Below are positions 57,568 to 64,000 of a DNA stretch of 64,000 bases, piece by piece. The stretch is from assembly GCA_050011565.1 (NCBI GenBank), contig JBEKIW010000004.1:60553-124552 (forward strand). Reading direction: 5' to 3'. The notes under the pieces were generated by a model. The model was given only the letters and a program-made list of their open reading frames with translations, made no database searches and had not been told where the DNA came from. The DNA comes from Dehalococcoidia bacterium (GTDB taxonomy: Bacteria; Chloroflexota; Dehalococcoidia; GIF9; UBA5629). Every line of letters starts with the position of its first letter. Position 1 is the stretch's first letter. A program made the position numbers and the translations under genes.

Positions 57568-58842
57568 TTGGCTAAGAAACATATTAAAACCGAAGTAAAA
57601 CCGCTGCCTACCAAGCGGCAGTTGTCCAGGCACCGTCGCCAGCAGCGTATCCAGCACATCATTTACATTGCCGGGACCGTATTTTTAGCTTTGCTCATTG
57701 CTTTCGTCGCCTATGGATACTGGGACGTTCAGATTAAACCGTTTCATCAGCCGGCGGCGAAAATTAATGGTACCACCTATGATATGGGCTATTACGTAAA
57801 GATGCTTGAGCTTTATAGTAAAGGGCAGGATGCTTCCCAGACCGCGACCATGGCAGATAACCTTATCAAAGTCATGCAATATAACGAGGCAGTGGCTAGG
57901 TCAGCGCCGGAAGTCGGTATAAGTGTTAGCAATGATGAGATAAATAGCACTTTGAAGACTTTGACACTTCCAAATGAGAAGGTGTACAGGGACGCAATTG
58001 GTTCTACAACTCTGGCAAACAAATTAGTTCAGAACTATTTTGATAAGGAAGTGCCGACCAGCACCGAACAGGTGGAGGTCCAGGCATTGTTCGTGGAAAG
58101 CGCCGATGTAGCCGACAAGCTAGCAGCCAGGATTGCGGCAGGAGATAATTTTACGGCACTGGCGGAGGAATATTCGCTGGAACCGATTACTAAGGATAAT
58201 GGCGGGAACCTGGGCTGGCTGCCTAAAGGTTTCGCCGATATGTTGCTGGGGAATTTAGGCAATTCGGCGCTCAAGGACCTTCCATTTACACTTGAGCCGG
58301 GACAGCTCAGCCAGCCGACTTTTGATGGGATGGTCAGTAAATCAATCGGTTACTGGGTGGTGCTAGTGACTGAAAAGGACCCTACAAAGGGTAGCCATGT
58401 CAGGGCTATTCTAACAGGAAGCCGGCATGATGCCGAGGCGATAAGAGCCAAGATAGTTGCCGGGGAGGATTTTGCGAGTCTGGTTAAAACCTATTCGCAG
58501 GATTACACTAGCGCTTCCGATAATGGCGATATGGGCTGGACGGGAGAAGGTACAATCACCAACAGGCTGGTTAGGGGGATGGCAGTGCCTCTCGAAATTG
58601 GCGCTGTAAGTCAACCGGCGGCTGATAGCTCTGTTCAAACCCTGGGAGGTTTTTGGCTGGTCAGAGTGTTGAACAAAGATGAAAACCGGGTGCTGGATGA
58701 CAGTACCAGGCAAACGCTGAGAACGGGACTCTTTGAAAAATGGATGACTGAGAAAATGAAGGATGATTCGGTGGAAACGTTACTAACCGAAGACCAGAAA
58801 GCGTGGGCAATAAACCTCGTTGTTAAGAGCAGGGGTCAATAA
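57568..58842 (+). CDS. membrane-anchored peptidyl-prolyl cis-trans isomerase (PrsA/SurA-like, parvulin domains)
   Basis: 424 aa. N-terminal TM helix. Two parvulin-like segments (GGNLGWLPKGF..., GDMGWTGEG...). Confidence 0.7.
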   Translation: MAKKHIKTEVKPLPTKRQLSRHRRQQRIQHIIYIAGTVFLALLIAFVAYGYWDVQIKPFHQPAAKINGTTYDMGYYVKMLELYSKGQDASQTATMADNLIKVMQYNEAVARSAPEVGISVSNDEINSTLKTLTLPNEKVYRDAIGSTTLANKLVQNYFDKEVPTSTEQVEVQALFVESADVADKLAARIAAGDNFTALAEEYSLEPITKDNGGNLGWLPKGFADMLLGNLGNSALKDLPFTLEPGQLSQPTFDGMVSKSIGYWVVLVTEKDPTKGSHVRAILTGSRHDAEAIRAKIVAGEDFASLVKTYSQDYTSASDNGDMGWTGEGTITNRLVRGMAVPLEIGAVSQPAADSSVQTLGGFWLVRVLNKDENRVLDDSTRQTLRTGLFEKWMTEKMKDDSVETLLTEDQKAWAINLVVKSRGQ

Positions 58843-58844
58843 CT

Positions 58845-60143
58845 ATGGCGGCCAGGAAGAGTATTAATATCGGTTTGATGGGGTTGGGTGTAATCGGCGG
58901 TGGCATGGTCAAGGTCCTGATGAATAAACCGGACACTTTGGCCAGAGAAGCCGGCAGCAAGCTGGTTCTTAAAAAGGTGTTGGAGAAGGACCTGGCTAAG
59001 CATGGCGCATTAGGCGTCGACCGCGCTATTTTTACCACAAGGGTCGAAGACCTGGTGGAGAACCCGGAAATAGACGTAATCGTGGAGCTTATGGGCGGCG
59101 AACATCCTGCCTTTGAATATATAAGGGACGCTCTAGCCCATGGCAAGCATGTGGTTACCGCCAACAAAGAGGTCATGTCCAAGCACTGGGCGGAGCTTTT
59201 GACTGCAGCTCGTGACCATAACGCTTGTCTTCGCTATGAGGCAAGCGTTGGCGGAGGCATACCTCTAATTGCTCCCTTCCAGGAAGACCTGGTGGCTAAC
59301 GATGTTTCAGCTATCTACGCCATCGTAAACGGCACTACCAACTATATTTTGACTCGAATGGCCAAGGAAGGGCTGGATTTTGCCGTGGCTTTGAAAAATG
59401 CGCAGGAATTAGGCTATGCCGAGGCTAACCCGACAAATGATATAGAAGGAATAGATGCGGCTTATAAGCTGGCTATATTAACGACCATAGCTTTCGGTAC
59501 CGAAGTAAAGCCGGACAATGTGTATCACGAGGGAATTTCGCGGCTTCAGGCCCGTGATTTTCGCTATGCACGTGAACTGGGCTATGCCATAAAGCTGCTG
59601 GCTATTGCCAAAGGAAATAAGGATTCCATCGAAGCTCGTGTTCACCCTGTCTTTATACCGGAGGACTCGCTGCTGGCCAAGGTAGACGGAGTTTATAATG
59701 CCATTTTGGTCGAAGGCGACCTGGTCGGACAGGTTATCTTCTATGGTGAGGGAGCCGGTCCCAGGGCAACTTCGAGTGCCGTTGTTTCGGATATAATCAA
59801 GATAGCCCAGGATATTAATAACGGGAAACCCAGTGCACCGAGATTGCCTTTTGCCAGCGGGCGGACTGTTATGCCCATGGCCGAGATAAAGACTCGATAC
59901 TATATGAGGATGAGCGTGGCTGACCAGCCGGGAGTTTTAGCACAGATTTCCAGGATACTGGGCGACCATGCCATCAGTATTTCTTCAGTGATTCAGAAGG
60001 AGACCGACGCGTCTACCAGGGTTGCCGAGATTGTGATAATGACTCATCCGGCGGAAGAGCAGGCAGTTCAGCAGGCGCTTAAAGAGACCAAGCATCTGGG
60101 TGTGGTCAAAGAAATCAGCAACTTCGTCAGAGTTGAGGCTTAG
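58845..60143 (+). CDS. hom: homoserine dehydrogenase
   Basis: 432 aa. NAD-binding N-domain ([14 protein letters not shown]), catalytic domain, C-terminal ACT domain. Confidence 0.9.
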   Translation: MAARKSINIGLMGLGVIGGGMVKVLMNKPDTLAREAGSKLVLKKVLEKDLAKHGALGVDRAIFTTRVEDLVENPEIDVIVELMGGEHPAFEYIRDALAHGKHVVTANKEVMSKHWAELLTAARDHNACLRYEASVGGGIPLIAPFQEDLVANDVSAIYAIVNGTTNYILTRMAKEGLDFAVALKNAQELGYAEANPTNDIEGIDAAYKLAILTTIAFGTEVKPDNVYHEGISRLQARDFRYARELGYAIKLLAIAKGNKDSIEARVHPVFIPEDSLLAKVDGVYNAILVEGDLVGQVIFYGEGAGPRATSSAVVSDIIKIAQDINNGKPSAPRLPFASGRTVMPMAEIKTRYYMRMSVADQPGVLAQISRILGDHAISISSVIQKETDASTRVAEIVIMTHPAEEQAVQQALKETKHLGVVKEISNFVRVEA

Positions 60144-60151
60144 GTGTAACC

Positions 60152-61204
60152 ATGGAACGCGGAGTTTTGTTCAGATACCGTGATTTGCTACCGGTTACTC
60201 AAGCCACGCCCATGATAACCCTGGGTGAGGGCAGTACCCCCCTGGTCAGGTCGCTTTACCTGGAGAAGGAGCTTGGCTGCGGCGGGCTTTATTTTAAGCT
60301 CGAGGGGTGTAATCCTACCGGCTCTTTCAAGGACCGGGGCATGGTGGTGGCTATAGCCAAGGCTGTGGAAGAAGGCAGTCGCAGCGTCATTTGTGCGTCT
60401 ACCGGAAATACCAGCGCCTCGGCTGCTGCCTACGGAGCCAGATTCGGCCTCGATGTGGTGGTTATGGTGCCCAAAGGTAAGATAGCCCTGGGTAAGATGG
60501 CTCAGGCGATTGCTTACGGGGCCAAGATTATCGCCGTACAGGGCAACTTCGACCAGGCGCTGCAGATAGTCCGCAGCCTGGCGGAAAAGCATCCGGTTAC
60601 GCTGGTCAATTCGCTAAACCCGTATAGAATTCAAGGTCAGAAGACGGCGGCGTTTGAGATTGTGGATGATTTGGGTGATGCTCCCGACTACTTTTTTATC
60701 CCCGTTGGTAATGCCGGAAATATTACCGCCTACTGGAAAGGTTTTGTAGAATACAAAAAGGCGGGCAGGGCTAGCCGGACTCCGAAGATGATGGGCTTTC
60801 AGGCTGAAGGTGCCGCGCCCATAGTCAAGGGCAAGGTCATCGACAGGCCGAAAACCTTAGCGACGGCAATCCGCATCGGTAACCCAGCCAGCTGGAAGGG
60901 GGCAGTGGCGGCTCGAGATGAATCCGGCGGCGTAATCGATTCAGTGACTGACGATGAGATTCTGGCTGCCTATAAGCTTCTGGCGAGGAAGGAAGGCGTT
61001 TTCGGCGAACCGGCCTCAGCGGCGTCGGTGGCCGGGCTTATCAAGATGGTCAAACAGGGGTTGAATCTTTCCGGTAAAAAAGTGGTCTGTATCATCACCG
61101 GCACCGGGCTGAAAGACCCAAACCTGCCGGCAAAGTTCGCCGAGCCTTTTCCAGAATTGCCCGCTGACATAAAAGCAGTTGAGCGAACCTTAGGGTGGAG
61201 TTGA
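60152..61204 (+). CDS. thrC: threonine synthase
   Basis: 350 aa. PLP-lysine motif ([10 protein letters not shown]), glycine-rich loop. Confidence 0.9.
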   Translation: MERGVLFRYRDLLPVTQATPMITLGEGSTPLVRSLYLEKELGCGGLYFKLEGCNPTGSFKDRGMVVAIAKAVEEGSRSVICASTGNTSASAAAYGARFGLDVVVMVPKGKIALGKMAQAIAYGAKIIAVQGNFDQALQIVRSLAEKHPVTLVNSLNPYRIQGQKTAAFEIVDDLGDAPDYFFIPVGNAGNITAYWKGFVEYKKAGRASRTPKMMGFQAEGAAPIVKGKVIDRPKTLATAIRIGNPASWKGAVAARDESGGVIDSVTDDEILAAYKLLARKEGVFGEPASAASVAGLIKMVKQGLNLSGKKVVCIITGTGLKDPNLPAKFAEPFPELPADIKAVERTLGWS

Positions 61205-61240
61205 CATTAGCCGCCACCGCAAGTATAAAGAGACCTGCCA

Positions 61241-61819
61241 ATGCCTAGAGTAAGAACAGCCAGCGTCGGTGAATTCTATCAGCATTATCCCAAAGTAGCG
61301 GCTATACTTACGGTAAACGCCGGAGGCAAGAAGAACGCCATGGCCGCCGCCTGGCACAGCGCCATTTCCTATAAGCCTCCGCTTTATGGAGTGGCTGTAT
61401 CACCCAAGAGGTATACTTATAAACTTATCGTAGAATCCGGAGAGTTCGGCATTAACTTCATGCCCTTTGAAGCTGCCGAGCTTATCGCTTCGGTCGGCGG
61501 CAGCGGCGGCAGTGAAATGGATAAGTTTCGTAAGTTTAATGTAGCGGAAGAGAAGCCCTTGAAAACGACGGTGCCAATACTGAGAGAGGCATATGCCGCT
61601 TATGAGTGCAAACTTGTGGATAATAAAACCTATGGCGACCATGCCTGGATGGTGGGTGAAATTGTGGCGGTGCATTTTACCGACGATTTATTCACTGACA
61701 AGGGAACACTTGATGTTAGCAAGCTGAATCCGGCGCTTTATCTGGGAGCTGAACTTTACATAACTGCTAAGAGAGAATCGGTTCGATTGCTGGACCGGGA
61801 GACTTACGGAAGGCGTTAG
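61241..61819 (+). CDS. flavin-reductase-like domain protein
   Basis: 192 aa split-barrel FMN-binding fold ([15 protein letters not shown]). Confidence 0.7.
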   Translation: MPRVRTASVGEFYQHYPKVAAILTVNAGGKKNAMAAAWHSAISYKPPLYGVAVSPKRYTYKLIVESGEFGINFMPFEAAELIASVGGSGGSEMDKFRKFNVAEEKPLKTTVPILREAYAAYECKLVDNKTYGDHAWMVGEIVAVHFTDDLFTDKGTLDVSKLNPALYLGAELYITAKRESVRLLDRETYGRR

Positions 61820-61847
61820 AAAAAAGTTATCTAAGAGGAGGGCAGCA

Positions 61848-62414
61848 GTGGTTGACATGCCTAAGATCGAAGCCGCGGTACTTTCTATAATTAAGGCCAT
61901 CGGGGAGGACCCTCAAAGGGAAGGCCTGCGGGATACGCCGCAGCGCATTGCTGACATGTATACTGAGCTTTTTTCGGGTTTGAATATGGATGCCAAAGCG
62001 GAGTTGACCGTGGGTTTTGAGGTGGGACATCATGAAATGGTGATACTCAGAGATATTCCTTTTTACTCTATGTGCGAGCATCATTTTTTACCGTTTTATG
62101 GAGTGGCTCATGTGGGCTATATTCCCAGTGAAGAGGGGCGGGTTGTCGGGGTGAGCAAGCTGGCGCGGGTAGTGGATATCTTTGCTAAACGGCTTCAATT
62201 GCAGGAGCGGATGACGTCACAGATTGCCGATGCCATTTGCGAAGCTCTGCAACCGGACGGTGTGGCGGTGGTCATTCAAGCCGAGCATTTATGCATGACC
62301 ATGCGCGGCATTAAGAAGCCGGGGAGCAACGTTATAACTTCGGCCACCAGGGGACTTTTCCGCAGCAGAGCGGCCACACGCGCCGAGTTCCTGTCGTTAG
62401 TCCAAGGCAGATAA
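61848..62414 (+). CDS. folE: GTP cyclohydrolase I
   Basis: 188 aa. CEHHFLPF and catalytic His/Cys motifs. Possibly a GTG start. Confidence 0.9.
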   Translation: MVDMPKIEAAVLSIIKAIGEDPQREGLRDTPQRIADMYTELFSGLNMDAKAELTVGFEVGHHEMVILRDIPFYSMCEHHFLPFYGVAHVGYIPSEEGRVVGVSKLARVVDIFAKRLQLQERMTSQIADAICEALQPDGVAVVIQAEHLCMTMRGIKKPGSNVITSATRGLFRSRAATRAEFLSLVQGR

Positions 62415-62437
62415 TTTATTCATGGCGCAGGGACTCG

Positions 62438-63106
62438 ATGGGTACTGTATCGAAAGCTAAAATGGAAGCTAAAAACCTGATACCACCGTTTATCTCAGAG
62501 GTCAAGGGATTTCTTGACGAGGACGAGGGCTTAAGGTTGTTTGAACTGGCCTCCGAAGCTTGTTCGCTTGGCCCCTGTCTCGAGATTGGCAGCTTTTGTG
62601 GGAAGTCCACTATATATATTGGGACTGCCTGTAAAATAAAGGGGAGGACGTTGTTCTCAATCGACCATCATCGAGGTTCGGAGGAACAACAACCCGGCCA
62701 GCCTTACTTCGATTCTGACCTTATGGATAGCGAGTCCGGCCTGATTGACAGCCTTCCTTATTTTCGTGCCGTCATAAAAAAGGCCGGATTGGACGATGTT
62801 GTGGTGCCCATGGTAACCAAATCCCATGTCGCAGCTAAAGATTGGGAGACGCCTTTGGGCTTAGTGTTCATAGACGGTGGCCACAGCTACGAAACAGTTA
62901 TTACAGACTATGAGTGCTGGTGTCCGCATTTGCTGCTTGGTGGGTTCCTTGTCTTCCATGACGTCTTTTTAGACCCGGCTGAAGGCGGGCGGGCTCCTTA
63001 TGAAGTTTACAAGCTGGCGCTGGCCTCAGGTCAGTTTGAAGAACTGCCGATGACGAAGACATTAGGTGCGCTACGGTATTGCCAGCCCATGATGGTCAAG
63101 AAGTAG
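62438..63106 (+). CDS. class I SAM-dependent methyltransferase (Methyltransf_24/CmcI-like)
   Basis: 222 aa. LEIGSFCGKST SAM-binding motif I, VFIDGGHSYE motif. Confidence 0.6.
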   Translation: MGTVSKAKMEAKNLIPPFISEVKGFLDEDEGLRLFELASEACSLGPCLEIGSFCGKSTIYIGTACKIKGRTLFSIDHHRGSEEQQPGQPYFDSDLMDSESGLIDSLPYFRAVIKKAGLDDVVVPMVTKSHVAAKDWETPLGLVFIDGGHSYETVITDYECWCPHLLLGGFLVFHDVFLDPAEGGRAPYEVYKLALASGQFEELPMTKTLGALRYCQPMMVKK

Positions 63107-63958
63107 ACTTGTCGCCGACATAGGCCGGAGCATATCGGCCGCTAGGACTACCGCTGCCGATGTCCAGGTTGGCTTTTCTTCAGGCCAGATCTCCTTGGTT
63201 GGCAATGCTATGCCGTAGAAGTAGGCGCCGTCATCATCCCGCAACTGGTGAATCCAATTATAAACAGTTGCCGAGTCTTTGTATTCGCCGTGTACAGCCA
63301 GGGCAATAGACAGCTCACTTGTTTCAGCGGCCGTGACCCATCCCTGTTCCAGGCTACAGAGACAGCCAAATCCATCGATGACGAATTTATCCCACCAACT
63401 GGACAAACGACGCTTGGCATCGTCGCCGTCGACGACACGGCACATCGCCGGGTAATACCAGTCCATAGCAAATGTAAATCTATTTTCCTGCGGTGTGGTA
63501 AGTACACAGGGCAGTTTATTAATTGCTTTTACCAGAGCGGCATTTGCCATTTTCCAGTCAGTTCTGTCCTCCTCCAAGATTGAGGCAATAGAAAGAGCGC
63601 TCTTAATACTCAAATATGTTGAGCTACAACTACTTATTAATGCCGTGGGATATATAGTGCCGGCGCTATCTCTAGCCCAGTAGATTTCGCCATTAGGTCC
63701 TCTCATATCTAGTACGAAGTCGATAGCAGCCCGTACAGCCGGCCACACCTTCTTGAGAGAAGCAACATCACCGGTGCTCAGGTAATGGTGCCATACCCCT
63801 ACGGCAATATATGAAATGCTATGTGAAACCTTGTAGGTTTCAAGCGGTTCACCATCTTTGTACGACGCATACCAGCTCCCATCCTCAAGTTGAATTTCGG
63901 ATAGCCACTCATAGGCTCGCCGTGCTTCGCCATGAAAATTCCCCACATCTAACGCCAT
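63071..63958 (-). CDS. hypothetical alpha/alpha-toroid-like protein (prenyltransferase/squalene-oxidase-repeat-like?); N-terminus may lie beyond the window edge
   Basis: 295 aa with repeated aromatic-rich QxxxDGSW-type segments (LEDGSWYASY, DDDGAYFYG). Overlaps the 3' end of the methyltransferase gene. Weak family assignment. Confidence 0.4.
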   Translation of the reverse strand: MALDVGNFHGEARRAYEWLSEIQLEDGSWYASYKDGEPLETYKVSHSISYIAVGVWHHYLSTGDVASLKKVWPAVRAAIDFVLDMRGPNGEIYWARDSAGTIYPTALISSCSSTYLSIKSALSIASILEEDRTDWKMANAALVKAINKLPCVLTTPQENRFTFAMDWYYPAMCRVVDGDDAKRRLSSWWDKFVIDGFGCLCSLEQGWVTAAETSELSIALAVHGEYKDSATVYNWIHQLRDDDGAYFYGIALPTKEIWPEEKPTWTSAAVVLAADMLRPMSATSLLLDHHGLAIP

Positions 63959-64000
63959 CGCGTTTTCAACATGTGTCCACGTGTCTGTAATCCCCCCCTG

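Overview
This looks like a bacterial chromosomal window with roughly 50% GC, mostly housekeeping genes plus several accessory patches.

The core genes are the thrS-infC-rpmI-rplT-pheS-pheT cluster on the + strand, the rpsB-tsf-pyrH-frr-cdsA-dxr-rseP-ispG-proS cluster on the - strand, speH-speB-cinA-thiC on the - strand with a TPP riboswitch, a hom-thrC-flavin reductase-folE block on the + strand, and three tRNAs (Leu-TAG, Asp-GTC, Pro-GGG). The window is also rich in acyl-CoA metabolism: an enoyl-CoA hydratase, two acyl-CoA dehydrogenases, three AMP-forming CoA ligases, a CoA-transferase A/B pair, and an HMG-CoA-synthase-like::DUF35 fusion next to an SCP-x thiolase. The non-mevalonate pathway genes dxr and ispG are present in the same window.

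The accessory parts are these:
- A Liv-type ABC transporter whose substrate-binding lipoprotein carries a proline-rich linker and a PsbP-like C-terminal domain. That domain recurs as two stand-alone lipoproteins.
- Two tandem CoA-ligase paralogs transcribed together with livG/livF. They share a duplicated leader, and one has a lysine-rich KKAQL repeat tail.
- A secreted HtrA-like protease, a TM2 protein and an inhibitory-type serpin, bracketed by two copies of a highly structured repeat of about 77 nt.
- A type IIG R-M / BREX PglX-like C-terminal fragment, probably a pseudogene.
- Two large paralogous surface proteins with tandem Ig-like repeats.

No rRNA, CRISPR array, transposase or T-box was seen.

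Assigning the window to an anaerobic Chloroflexota/Dehalococcoidia-like genome is inference from gene content only.

All functional calls come from reading the translated ORFs for family-specific motifs by eye. No database search was run.
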